Shown one piece after another: positions 29,347 through 39,738 of a stretch of 64,000 nucleotides of DNA. The notes under the pieces were generated by a model that did no database searches, was not told the DNA's origin, and worked only from the letters and a program-made list of their open reading frames with translations. This DNA comes from Nitrososphaerales archaeon. Lineage in GTDB: Archaea; Thermoproteota; Nitrososphaeria; Nitrososphaerales; UBA213. The translations under genes and the position numbers were made by a program. The stretch spans positions 2,271 to 66,270 of the forward strand of contig CBDAOC010000014.1 in the NCBI GenBank assembly GCA_965197925.1, in the 5' to 3' direction. The first letter of the stretch is position 1. Every line of letters begins with the position of its first letter.

Positions 29347-31318
29347 CTAATTTCACAGAAGTTTCTAAAGTCTTTAATTGGTGAGAAACTTCTAAAACTT
29401 GACAAGCTCTTGCTAAGTGCATACGATGCGGTATACGTATAGCCATTATATCTAATGATTTGATATAAGGACTTGACTTTAATGTGAGATCAATTATTAG
29501 ATGAATATCTTTAAATCGCTCTAATAACCTATCAGCTATCCATTGTGCCCAATGTCGTTGATGAGAATCTAATGGAACATCAATCTCAAGAAAGTGATTT
29601 CCATGAAGTGTTATACTCTGTTTATCTATTGCGGGTGCTACTTTACCATCTCCATACTTCACTCTAATGTTGTTAGCGAGTTGGTAATAATCATTGTTGA
29701 TAGATATATCGCTTATAGGCACAGCAAGAGTTTGTTCGTCAATTGATATAAAGTGATCTACCCAGTATACCTTATCAGTAGCTGCATGATCACTTATATC
29801 AGTTTTTCTTTGTCCGCGTGATATACCGTGTAGTTGGTCATCGTCTTGGTCAACTGAAGTATAAGATATTAACTCATTACCAATCATTACCATTCCTGAA
29901 TTAGCTATATCAACATCTCTATTGTAATCAGTCACATGAAAGAATGTATCAGAAAGCGCTAAATCATTCAACAGCTTTCCAGAAATAGCGTCTCTTGGCT
30001 TAATAAAAAACTGTTCAAGATCAAACCCTAATATACTTCCCGTCAAGACAGATATATCTCTAAGCACATCATACGGAGTTCTTCCGTTAGTTTCAAGAAA
30101 AGATATTCTCTGGTTTATCTCTTCTGAATACCTAATCCAATTCCAGTTAGTATATCTATCTAAAGGAAACTCCCCTCGCTGATCTATATCATCAAAGTTA
30201 CCGAAACCTGAAACAAGGTTTAATTCTCCTCCATCAAATACTATAGGAGAAGATAAAGCTCCATGCCTTCCGTAGAAATAGTCTGGATCATCTTCTATAG
30301 GATTAGGGTTATCTCCAGTTGATGCGCTTCTCCAGTTTAATCCGAGAGGAATTATACTTGTTGACGGATGATCTATTCTATACAAAAATCCTATCTCTTG
30401 TTTCCAATCGTCAGACAATTGTCTTGGGTCTTGTGTATCTCTAAATATAGCGTGGTCAGAATATGCATAATGAGAACCGTCTATAAAAAACAAAAAATTA
30501 CCTTGTGCTTCCAAAGACCGAGCAGCAGTTGTTATGTCTTTATATGCTTTTATGGTTACAATCTCACATGTATCAGTATTTACTCTAACTAAAGCAGCTC
30601 CTGCTTGAGATGCATTGTCAACAAAAGGCTGATCAGTCAACATATCCATTTCATCAACAGTTTGCCTATGTTTTTGTATTTGGACAACTACATAAAGATA
30701 TTCTGCTATAGAAACACATTCCATACATCCGTTAAAGGCACCTCCAGCGTTTGATCCAAGATGATTCATCAATACAGTGTTTAGTATATTCATATCAACT
30801 ATATTAAAGTCAAATGTGCATACGGAATCAGCACCTACAATGTTCATAGTTGCAACTCTTGTATCAAAAGTGAATATGGCGATTCGCTGTGCGGAATTCA
30901 TAGGAGGACCACTTGTGATTCCATGAAAAGCGGAATCAGATGTAACTGTTATTCTACATCTTGCATTAGTATCATCTGGAACAGATACCTCAATGCTATA
31001 CTCATCTCCTTCTCCCATAAAGTTAGTAGGCGTTATTGTTTGAGATACAATTTCATCTGTGAGACCTATTATCTCAACAGTTATATCTCCAAACTCAAAC
31101 ATAGTAACATCTAAAGCATCACCGCTTGAATCTACCCAATTAAACGTTATGGCGTAGCTTGGTTGTCTTGGGACTGGGTTTCCAGAAGGAGTATCTATTC
31201 TAACGAAAGGTATAATAGGAGTAGGAGTCGGCATACCTGGGACAACAGTTGTAGCTTGCGTCACAGTAACAGAAGTCATTGTTGTTGATTCTGAGTTTTT
31301 TCTACCTCTTAATGCCAT
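29336..31318 (-). CDS. Tail tip/hub-like protein with Ig-like domain
   Basis: C-terminal hub-like motif (NNIRVKYG...DKQSITLHG...) in the tail operon. Confidence 0.6.
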   Translation of the reverse strand: MALRGRKNSESTTMTSVTVTQATTVVPGMPTPTPIIPFVRIDTPSGNPVPRQPSYAITFNWVDSSGDALDVTMFEFGDITVEIIGLTDEIVSQTITPTNFMGEGDEYSIEVSVPDDTNARCRITVTSDSAFHGITSGPPMNSAQRIAIFTFDTRVATMNIVGADSVCTFDFNIVDMNILNTVLMNHLGSNAGGAFNGCMECVSIAEYLYVVVQIQKHRQTVDEMDMLTDQPFVDNASQAGAALVRVNTDTCEIVTIKAYKDITTAARSLEAQGNFLFFIDGSHYAYSDHAIFRDTQDPRQLSDDWKQEIGFLYRIDHPSTSIIPLGLNWRSASTGDNPNPIEDDPDYFYGRHGALSSPIVFDGGELNLVSGFGNFDDIDQRGEFPLDRYTNWNWIRYSEEINQRISFLETNGRTPYDVLRDISVLTGSILGFDLEQFFIKPRDAISGKLLNDLALSDTFFHVTDYNRDVDIANSGMVMIGNELISYTSVDQDDDQLHGISRGQRKTDISDHAATDKVYWVDHFISIDEQTLAVPISDISINNDYYQLANNIRVKYGDGKVAPAIDKQSITLHGNHFLEIDVPLDSHQRHWAQWIADRLLERFKDIHLIIDLTLKSSPYIKSLDIMAIRIPHRMHLARACQVLEVSHQLKTLETSVKLVTL

Positions 31319-32853
31319 TATGATAATACCTTTACAAAAGTTGCTAACCTTGAAGATGTTGTTGATGTGAAAGTCACTGCCCCTTTTAGTGTTGATCCAG
31401 TTATCTCAAAACATATTCCAGCGTGATTTTCTCTTTGATCCCAATCAACCTCTATTACAGAGTCTCCAGCCATAGCTCTTGCTATCCCAAGTTTTTGTGT
31501 TGACTGGTTATAGTATGCATAATATAAGTCGCTATTATGCCAAACTATGTTTCTCCGACTATCTGGCAGCATAGTTGTAGAATAGTTTTTATTAGGTATT
31601 CCGCCTTCAAAATCATTGTTTCCGAGAACGTAGAAATGCGCTAATTGAGGTTTATACTGCGATGTAGTTGATACATAACTGTTACTATATGTGTTTGAAA
31701 TTTGATTCCATAACGCTATAGTGTTTGTGCAACTTAGCTCCATAGCATCATAAGACGCTGCTCCACTTGTTAGTATAGCAAAATTGTCTCCGTCTTTAGC
31801 AAACCTCCAATACTCTATACCTGTTGTAGGAGCTCTGTGTATTCTATCCTCTACCCTTGTGATTTTATTGTATCTTATTATTGAGCTTCTATTTATTACG
31901 TCTCCCCTTATAGCGTTATAGAGAAAATAGTAATAGTCTCCTTCTTGAATAATATCAGTGATATGACCTTCCCAACTAATAGGATTAGAGCTTCCTATAT
32001 TGCCAATGATATTATATCCAGGTCTGCCGTTTGATGAAAAGTTGCTGGAAACAATCTTTTTTACTATTTGTATATCTCTGTTAGAAGCATCAATTCCAAC
32101 TTTGTCTAATACCTTTTCAACAGCATCTAAAACATGTATATGTCTAAATGGAGACTTCATCTCTATCTGTGGATAAGCGTTATTGATATTATTTATTAAG
32201 CCTCCTTCAGACTCAATCCCACTGTCCGATACTATAAAGTTCCGAGAGTCAAGTTCACCTTCTTCTGAAAGCTCATCAACTTGATTGATTTCATTATTAA
32301 AACCTCTGTTAACAATTATAGAATCATCTGATGGAGGTAATACTGCACGAAGTATAGGATATGCTCCATTGGCAGACTCTTGAGCTATTCCAGCCAATAG
32401 CATAAAATGTCTATCTATACCAAAATCAGTTATGTCTCCAGTTGTTAAAGCCCTAAGTCTATCTCCACATACAACATCTATTTGAGCTGATTTTGCAGCC
32501 TGCTTTATTCTGATTATTTCACCTACGAAGATAGTCTCTAAATGATCCACTCCGTCCACTGAAAAACCAGACTTTATCTCAACTGGAGAATGATATCCAG
32601 ATTGTTGCCCTCCATTTCTTACAAAGAAGTTATCTTCATTATTTGCAGCAAAATCTCCGTCTGCATCATTGATAATAAATCCAGACTCTCCCATTCTATA
32701 TTCTGTAAGGTCTGGATAATCAACTCTCTGTGTTATATTTTTTATCTCTTTGATATTTCTGGGCGCAGATATAGATCGTGTTATGTCTTCTCCATGAATA
32801 AACACTTGAACTATAACTGGATAGTTTTGATAACTAAGTTGTTTAAGATTCAT
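31318..32853 (-). CDS. Tail tip protein
   Basis: N-terminal hub-like pattern (VEIKSGF...IFVGEI); position in the tail operon. Confidence 0.55.
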   Translation of the reverse strand: MNLKQLSYQNYPVIVQVFIHGEDITRSISAPRNIKEIKNITQRVDYPDLTEYRMGESGFIINDADGDFAANNEDNFFVRNGGQQSGYHSPVEIKSGFSVDGVDHLETIFVGEIIRIKQAAKSAQIDVVCGDRLRALTTGDITDFGIDRHFMLLAGIAQESANGAYPILRAVLPPSDDSIIVNRGFNNEINQVDELSEEGELDSRNFIVSDSGIESEGGLINNINNAYPQIEMKSPFRHIHVLDAVEKVLDKVGIDASNRDIQIVKKIVSSNFSSNGRPGYNIIGNIGSSNPISWEGHITDIIQEGDYYYFLYNAIRGDVINRSSIIRYNKITRVEDRIHRAPTTGIEYWRFAKDGDNFAILTSGAASYDAMELSCTNTIALWNQISNTYSNSYVSTTSQYKPQLAHFYVLGNNDFEGGIPNKNYSTTMLPDSRRNIVWHNSDLYYAYYNQSTQKLGIARAMAGDSVIEVDWDQRENHAGICFEITGSTLKGAVTFTSTTSSRLATFVKVLS

Positions 32854-32855
32854 AA

Positions 32856-34229
32856 TTAAGCATTCGGATCTTCAAATATAGTTACTGTTCCAAATGAAAA
32901 ATCACCTACGTAAAAATTACCATCGTTATAGTCTATATGTTGATATACTCTGTCAGATGAATTTGCCTGTATCAACTCGCTTTCAGGAGTAAACTCATAC
33001 TGTGTTTGCCTTACTCCGCTTGTATTGTAACATCTAAATAAATACTGAGATGGAGGATCTGAAGATAATAAATAAGTAAAAATGTATATTCTATCATTAA
33101 CATCATCATAGCATATTCCGCTTGGGGTATGAAAAATAGGAATATCTGGATCAAAACTACTTGAAGATGAATGAGAACCAGTTGCTGTATAAGCTCTTAC
33201 TTGATATGTATCATCTCCTCCATCAGCATCATCATCAAAATGTATACTGTATACTCTATTATTTCCAAATGTTATATCTATAGGTTTATATCTTCCGCCA
33301 ATGTTTACAGCTCTAATCCTTGTTGATGGACTAAACCAATCTCTTTCTACAATCCTAATTGTATTTCCAAAGTTAGTAGTAATATAATAGAAATCAAAAT
33401 TAGGAGATCCTTCAGCACATAAACCTCCGCTGTTAAAGGTTCCCAACACATTTTGACCAGATTGTAAAGTAAAATCAACTTCGCTATGAAATTCAAGTGT
33501 ATCAGACCTATACCTCAATAATTGACCATCTCCATCTCTATTTTCATAAAGTATATTGATAAAGCTATACTCATCTCCAGTTTGAATGTTAGCGATTCCT
33601 CCAAATACTGCCATTCCGAAAATCTCCGCATTTCGGGTGTTATCATCTTGTCTAACATCAAATCTTGCATAGTCAAGTATATTGGCAGTTCCAGTTAAAG
33701 TATGTTCTCCTCCACTATTAGTAGCTACTACAGTTATAGTTCCAGAATCAATAGTAAAATCTTTGTCGCTTGGAATATCTCCAAAGATTAATACACCTTC
33801 AGCATTTGTTTCATGATTTAAAAATATCCAAGGCCCAGTTACTTTAACATCTGTTGGATTATTTGCTATATTTATCTGTTGTTCAAATCTTGTTCCTTTG
33901 GAAATTGAAAGCGGCCCAAAACTCTCTATAACTGGAGAAGGTGTAACTACACTATACATTACAGATCTTGTTATACTTTGAGTTCCTTTATTAGCATGTA
34001 TAGTAAATGTATTTTCTACCAAAAGATTTTCTGGATGACCTTCAATATTCAGTATACCAGTAGCACTATCAAAATCTGTTCCAAATCCTTCTATGTCTCC
34101 AGTAATATAAGCTTCATCTGGATTACCAGTTATAGCTACTTGGACAGAAAAATCTTGATCTACAAGCCACATCTGTGCGCTTATAGCACCGATTGATAAA
34201 GTTGATACTTGCCTTGGACCTAAACCCAT
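32856..34229 (-). CDS. Ig-like + beta-propeller tail protein (receptor-binding candidate)
   Basis: Two Ig-like repeats (ITVVATNSGG) followed by propeller blades (PSGICYDDVNDRIYI). Confidence 0.55.
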   Translation of the reverse strand: MGLGPRQVSTLSIGAISAQMWLVDQDFSVQVAITGNPDEAYITGDIEGFGTDFDSATGILNIEGHPENLLVENTFTIHANKGTQSITRSVMYSVVTPSPVIESFGPLSISKGTRFEQQINIANNPTDVKVTGPWIFLNHETNAEGVLIFGDIPSDKDFTIDSGTITVVATNSGGEHTLTGTANILDYARFDVRQDDNTRNAEIFGMAVFGGIANIQTGDEYSFINILYENRDGDGQLLRYRSDTLEFHSEVDFTLQSGQNVLGTFNSGGLCAEGSPNFDFYYITTNFGNTIRIVERDWFSPSTRIRAVNIGGRYKPIDITFGNNRVYSIHFDDDADGGDDTYQVRAYTATGSHSSSSSFDPDIPIFHTPSGICYDDVNDRIYIFTYLLSSDPPSQYLFRCYNTSGVRQTQYEFTPESELIQANSSDRVYQHIDYNDGNFYVGDFSFGTVTIFEDPNA

Positions 34230-34238
34230 AATATACCT

Positions 34239-36335
34239 TTAATTATCAGGTCCTCTTACTGTTCCTGGAATCATAGTTAAATTATATGCACCAGTAATAC
34301 TATCTATATGAGATTGAACGTTTACAAATCTAAATAAGAAATACTTTGAAGGCGTAGTATTGCCATCATCTTCAAAATCAGTATTTTGACCAGCTACTAT
34401 CTCATTTTCATTCGGAGCAACTCCGCTATCTATATCAAGCTTTACCCAGTCTCCTTCTACATCATTCAAGTCATCAGTATTAGGATCTCTTGGATCTCCT
34501 TGACTGTCAGTTAAGTTATTCAAATCAACACTTTGTGGAGCAGGTGATGCATGTATATCAACAATACCAGATCCAATATACCTATAAACCTCTGGATTTG
34601 AAAGATTAGCCCCTTCCTGTATAAACTTTGCCCAAGCTATTCCAGTAACTTCTTCATCATACTCAAAGTATACATCCCAAGCTCCGACAGTTATTGATCC
34701 AGATATTTCGTAATCTACTATATTAGGTATCTTAGTATTATACGGAACTTGTATATCAGCAAATATAGCTTCTTCCATTACAAGTCCGTTTACTTTAGTT
34801 ACTTCACCTATAAATCCAATCTCAAAAACACCTGATCTATCTAATTTAGGTATAAAGATTAGTTTGTAACTTGCACCTGAACCAATTAGATAATACTCTA
34901 AATCTTCTATATCATCTCCAGATATTTTGCTAATAGAAAAGTTTTCTTTGTATAAAAATATAAGAGCTTCTTCAAATACTATATCAACTTCTACTTGATA
35001 CTCTCCAAGATCGTTTTCAACATATTCTATATCAGAAGAATCAATCTGAACTTCTGTTATAGTATCATAAGCTACAGTAACAGCATCAACTATTACATCT
35101 ACTGATACTGGATCTAATGTAACTTGACCAGTTACATCTATAGAAAAAGAACCTTCAACACTATCTGGTATAGTGAAAGTCAATATGTAAGCTAAACCTG
35201 TTCCTGAAAGAACAAAGCTAACTCCTGTTATTCCATTGCCTCCGACAGCAGATATATCAATATCCGCTTCTTCAAGATCAGTTACTTCGTGTGCAAACGA
35301 TAACATTATCTGGAAAGTTCCAGTCTTAGTTCCTGTATGACCTGTAAGATTAGCATTGATACGAGTTATAGTATTATACTCTATATCTAAAGATTCAAAT
35401 GATATATCAAGCGAATTGCCGTCAGCATCAGTTACTGATCCGATTAATCCTAAAGTAAAAGAACCTCTCCGCTCTTCTGGCAAATCAATACTCAAAGTAT
35501 AATCTGTTCCAGAACCAGTAATAGTTACTCCGCCAAAAGATGCGAATGTCGGAGCTATTATTAAAGATGATATATTTATATTAGAAGATGAAAATCCAGT
35601 AATAGATTCTCCAAATCTTATCTCTACAGAAAAGTCATCAGTTTTTAAATTATCTACATAATTAACAAGTGATACATCTACATTATTCTCTGTGTTATAT
35701 TGTATAGTTACTGGATCAAGTGTTACTTCTTCTGAATCACCTCTAAATGATATAGTAGTAGCAACATCACCAGTTAACCCTGACGAGTCTATATTTGATA
35801 CTACAAAATATCTAAAAGCCCCTCCTGAAACTCCAGGTATATTTATTTGAGATCCTTTTGAACTAAACGATACAGTTTGAGTATTAGAACCTTGTTGTAT
35901 CACTATAACTGGATAATCTGTAGCATTGACTGAGTTGATGAAAGTCGCTTCATCTGTTCCAGTCATATAAGCTATAACCAGTATATCAGTAGTTCCTCCA
36001 GTCTGTAAATGATCTACATCATCAACTGAAGTAGCAAATCCTGAAAGACTTACTCCTCCCCATACTCTTGGCAATACTACTTCAGGTGTAACTTCGCCAG
36101 TTATATCAAATGTAAAAGACCCTATAGCATCATCTGGTAGATTTATAGGTATAGTTCTATCTGCTCCAGAACCAGTTATATCTCCAATAGTAACTCCAGT
36201 TATCCCATTGCCAGTAGACGCAACTATAGCAATATCAGAAGCTTCAAAATTAACAACAGCTTCTTCAAAAGCTGCTACTATATTAAAGCTTGATTCTTTT
36301 ATTCCAGTATGTCCAGATAGAGTTACGTTTGGCAT
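34239..36335 (-). CDS. Multi-Ig-like repeat virion protein
   Basis: About five repeats of F.E.V..F...DI....ITGSG..Y...I.LP....GSF. Confidence 0.7.
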   Translation of the reverse strand: MPNVTLSGHTGIKESSFNIVAAFEEAVVNFEASDIAIVASTGNGITGVTIGDITGSGADRTIPINLPDDAIGSFTFDITGEVTPEVVLPRVWGGVSLSGFATSVDDVDHLQTGGTTDILVIAYMTGTDEATFINSVNATDYPVIVIQQGSNTQTVSFSSKGSQINIPGVSGGAFRYFVVSNIDSSGLTGDVATTISFRGDSEEVTLDPVTIQYNTENNVDVSLVNYVDNLKTDDFSVEIRFGESITGFSSSNINISSLIIAPTFASFGGVTITGSGTDYTLSIDLPEERRGSFTLGLIGSVTDADGNSLDISFESLDIEYNTITRINANLTGHTGTKTGTFQIMLSFAHEVTDLEEADIDISAVGGNGITGVSFVLSGTGLAYILTFTIPDSVEGSFSIDVTGQVTLDPVSVDVIVDAVTVAYDTITEVQIDSSDIEYVENDLGEYQVEVDIVFEEALIFLYKENFSISKISGDDIEDLEYYLIGSGASYKLIFIPKLDRSGVFEIGFIGEVTKVNGLVMEEAIFADIQVPYNTKIPNIVDYEISGSITVGAWDVYFEYDEEVTGIAWAKFIQEGANLSNPEVYRYIGSGIVDIHASPAPQSVDLNNLTDSQGDPRDPNTDDLNDVEGDWVKLDIDSGVAPNENEIVAGQNTDFEDDGNTTPSKYFLFRFVNVQSHIDSITGAYNLTMIPGTVRGPDN

Positions 36336-36341
36336 GAGTTA

Positions 36342-37508
36342 TTATAGGTAATAAATACCTTTACCTGCTTTATGAGCATCAACGTGTTCTAAAAGCCTAT
36401 TAAAATAGCCATCATATCTATCAGCTAAAACATCTGTAGAAAAGTTATCCTGCACCCATTTTCTGCAATTTTCAGGTTTTATTTTACCTATATCCTTAAC
36501 TGCTTCTATGCCTTGCTTAAATCCTCTTACAAGATAACCAGAATATCCTTCTTTCACAGTCTCTCGGAATGCTCCCCAATCTGTTGCTATAACTGGAGTT
36601 CCGCAAGCTCCAGCTTCTATAACAGTAAGTCCAAATGGCTCTACATAATGACTCAAAGAAAAAACTGCCATAGCGTTTTTCATTAAGTCGCTTCTTTCTT
36701 TAGGTCCTACTACTCCAAGTAATTCTACATGATCTGGAGGATCATATCCGAAAGTGTTTCTAAAGTTTCCTTGACCAGCTATCTTTAACTTTATTCCAAG
36801 ATGCTGGGATATTCTTATAGCTAACTCAATTCCTTTAACTGGAACTATCCTTGATATATGCAACAAGTAATCTTCTTTTTTATCTTCATATTCAAACTCA
36901 CTCATATCAACTGGGTGTGGAATTATATCATCTTGCCATTTAGTCGCTCCATAAGGGTTGCATGTAGGAGTCCACTTATTCATATCATTTCTATCTTCTT
37001 TTGGAATTTTTTCCCATCTCTCATGAAACTGTCCATACTTAAAGCTCATCCAAGAATTAGATGCAAAAACTCTATTATTAGCAAATATACAATCATAACC
37101 TACAGCTGGCTCTACATGTATCATATCTACATCACGAAGGTCGTTAGATATTTCTATCTGCGTATTACCAGCAAAAAAGCATAGCATATCTCTTGCATTT
37201 GCCCTTTTTCTTATTTCATGAGAAGCCCTTGTTCTAAACATATTATATGCATAGTTTCTATTTCCTATAGCATATAAATGCTCTTGTTCTTCAAAGTCTT
37301 TTGTATAAGTTTCCTCAAGTTCTTTAATTGTCAAAACATCTACGTGTTCTGTGCAATTAACTTCGGATGTTTCTGCTCCATAATGTATAACTTCATGCAC
37401 TTTACTCATCAACATATCAGATACACAAATAGCATTATGAGTGAATGGGCATGTAGAAAACTCTTTTGAAGATATACTTCTTGATAAACCTAATACATGA
37501 ATAACCAC
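36342..37508 (-). CDS. Glycosyltransferase, GT4 (GT-B fold)
   Basis: RIVPVKG and EPFGLTVIEAGACGTPVIATDWGA. Confidence 0.9.
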   Translation of the reverse strand: MVIHVLGLSRSISSKEFSTCPFTHNAICVSDMLMSKVHEVIHYGAETSEVNCTEHVDVLTIKELEETYTKDFEEQEHLYAIGNRNYAYNMFRTRASHEIRKRANARDMLCFFAGNTQIEISNDLRDVDMIHVEPAVGYDCIFANNRVFASNSWMSFKYGQFHERWEKIPKEDRNDMNKWTPTCNPYGATKWQDDIIPHPVDMSEFEYEDKKEDYLLHISRIVPVKGIELAIRISQHLGIKLKIAGQGNFRNTFGYDPPDHVELLGVVGPKERSDLMKNAMAVFSLSHYVEPFGLTVIEAGACGTPVIATDWGAFRETVKEGYSGYLVRGFKQGIEAVKDIGKIKPENCRKWVQDNFSTDVLADRYDGYFNRLLEHVDAHKAGKGIYYL

Positions 37509-37519
37509 TATTTGACTCC

Positions 37520-38200
37520 TTATCTTGGGTAAAGAGGATATACAATATGCTCTGATAAATTAACAGTGCTATCTATAATTATATCTTCATCTGTCAATAA
37601 CCCAGATAATATAAATGTAAGATTATCCGTAGGAAATCCCTCAAGATAATTCTCATTAGTTATATCCCTTTTTATCAGCGAATATCCGTTTGATCTCATA
37701 ATATCAATCAATCTATTAGTAATATAAGTATTATGAGACTCTATAGCAAAACAATCTGGTTTTATTGAAAAACTATAAGATTCTAATATATCTAATTCAG
37801 AACCTTCAACATCCATTACTATAACTTTGACTTTATGGTCTATAGTTTTTAGTAACTTATCAAGAGTTATAGATTTAGAAGTTTCTTTTTCGTTTCCGCC
37901 TATTTTACCGTCTGGTTGTAAATCGTCATGGTATATTATACCATCATTTGTATTATATATCAACTTTCTAATGAATTCACAGTTATTTAAGTTAGAATAT
38001 CTACGACTTACATATTCTATAGACTTTTGGCACATATCAACTCCATAATAAAACATAGGAGAATTAGATCTTATTTGTTTTGGCAAAGTTACATCTTCCA
38101 TTCTTTCATTTAGTATATTATCCATACTACCCCAGTTATTTTGAGTAACATAGATATACTCACAGCATTTAAATAGACCTATTTGAATAAGGCAATCCAT
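37520..38200 (-). CDS. FkbM-family methyltransferase
   Basis: SITLDKLL...VIVMDVEGSELDIL...IESH. Confidence 0.75.
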   Translation of the reverse strand: MDCLIQIGLFKCCEYIYVTQNNWGSMDNILNERMEDVTLPKQIRSNSPMFYYGVDMCQKSIEYVSRRYSNLNNCEFIRKLIYNTNDGIIYHDDLQPDGKIGGNEKETSKSITLDKLLKTIDHKVKVIVMDVEGSELDILESYSFSIKPDCFAIESHNTYITNRLIDIMRSNGYSLIKRDITNENYLEGFPTDNLTFILSGLLTDEDIIIDSTVNLSEHIVYPLYPR

Positions 38201-38201
38201 A

Positions 38202-39479
38202 TTATGTTCCTGTTAAACTATTTAAAGCTGTTACCATAGTAGATCTTGCAGAATTTGAAACTGGTGAAGAAGCTAACTCTGAGAATAACTGGGCTATTCT
38301 ATTTTGAAATTGAGCGTCAGTTGATAAGTCTAATTCAATTACAAGAGTAGTTCCTACAAACCTTTTTCTTGTTCCAACTGCAGTATTTAAGTTACTATTT
38401 AATAATGTTCTAAACTCCGATGGAGATAGATCATTTTCAATATAGTAATCAGATTGTATATTGTTAGTTACTGTTTCATCTATGTAATAGTTATTCTGAT
38501 TAGTTATAGTATTAGTAACTGTTCTGTCAATATAGTAATCTTGTTGATTATTGTTAGTTACTGTTTCATCTATGTAATAGTTATTCTGAAAGTTATTAGT
38601 AATAGTATTAGTTACAGTTTCATCTATGTAATAGTTATTCTGATTAGTTATAGTATTAGTAACTGTTCTGTCAATATAGTAATCTTGTTGATTATTGTTA
38701 GTTACTGTTTCATCTATGTAATAATCTTGTTGGAAGTAGTTATTAGTGGTAACTGTCTCATCAATATAATAATCTTGTTGGAAGTAGTTATTATTAGTTA
38801 CAGTCTCGTCAATATAATAGTCATTCTGTATATTATTAGTAACTGTCTCATCTATGTAGTAGTCGTTCTGGACGTTGTTAGTAACTGTCTGAGTCACATA
38901 ATAGTCATTCTGTATATTATTAGTAACTGTCTCATCTATGTAGTAGTCATTCTGATTAGTTACTGTTTCATCTATATAGTAATCTTGCTGATTATTGTTA
39001 GTTACTGTTTCATCTATATAGTAGTCATTCTGAAAGTAATTATTGTTAGTAATAGTTTCATCTATGTAATAGTCATTCTGAACATAGTAATCGTTCTGGA
39101 CAGTCTCATCTATGTAATAGTCATTCTGAACATAGTAGTCGTTTTGAACATAGTAATCATTCTGTATAACAGTTTGAGCAACTGCTTCCTGCCCAACAAC
39201 AATCTCAAAATAAGTTTTTGAAACCTCCCCGCTACCCTGTGTAGCCGTGAGCTCTATCGTTACTATAACTCTATCTGTTATTTCTCCAGCAGTTATTAGA
39301 AGATCAGTTCCAACTACTGGAGACTCTACAGTCGCATGCTCTGTATTAAGTGAACGAGCGTCTATAGCAGTATCAATAGGATGTAAAAGATACCTTCTTA
39401 TATTAGGAAGCTTATACTCCTCTTGTGATACTAAATTAATTCTTTGTATCTGCTGTGACCACTCGTTTACTAATGCCAT
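38202..39479 (-). CDS. Q-N-D-Y-Y-I-D-E-T-V-T-N repeat protein
   Basis: 19 YY-containing repeats between two non-repetitive domains. Confidence 0.75.
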   Translation of the reverse strand: MALVNEWSQQIQRINLVSQEEYKLPNIRRYLLHPIDTAIDARSLNTEHATVESPVVGTDLLITAGEITDRVIVTIELTATQGSGEVSKTYFEIVVGQEAVAQTVIQNDYYVQNDYYVQNDYYIDETVQNDYYVQNDYYIDETITNNNYFQNDYYIDETVTNNNQQDYYIDETVTNQNDYYIDETVTNNIQNDYYVTQTVTNNVQNDYYIDETVTNNIQNDYYIDETVTNNNYFQQDYYIDETVTTNNYFQQDYYIDETVTNNNQQDYYIDRTVTNTITNQNNYYIDETVTNTITNNFQNNYYIDETVTNNNQQDYYIDRTVTNTITNQNNYYIDETVTNNIQSDYYIENDLSPSEFRTLLNSNLNTAVGTRKRFVGTTLVIELDLSTDAQFQNRIAQLFSELASSPVSNSARSTMVTALNSLTGT

Positions 39480-39481
39480 AA

Positions 39482-39727
39482 TTATTCTTCTGGATCATCT
39501 GTCCTCAAGTCTATAAACTGAAGATTTTCAATAGCAGTTATCTCATCTTGAGCACGTTTAATATAAGATTCAGCATCAACTTTTTCGGTAAAACTTGCTA
39601 AAACATTTCTGTCTTCTGCAAGTCTTCCTGATACAACTTTCCATTCACTATTATCAACATCCTCAATAATGTCTAATTCTTGTAAAGCATATAGATCAGT
39701 TGTTCTTCCATCTAATAAAACAAACAT
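39482..39727 (-). CDS. Hypothetical protein
   Basis: ORF with AGGAG RBS in the tail operon. Confidence 0.6.
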   Translation of the reverse strand: MFVLLDGRTTDLYALQELDIIEDVDNSEWKVVSGRLAEDRNVLASFTEKVDAESYIKRAQDEITAIENLQFIDLRTDDPEE

Positions 39728-39738
39728 ATTATATCTCC

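Noticed and set aside
38454-39221. 255-aa hydrophobic + strand ORF
   Set aside because: Antisense shadow of the YY-repeat gene.
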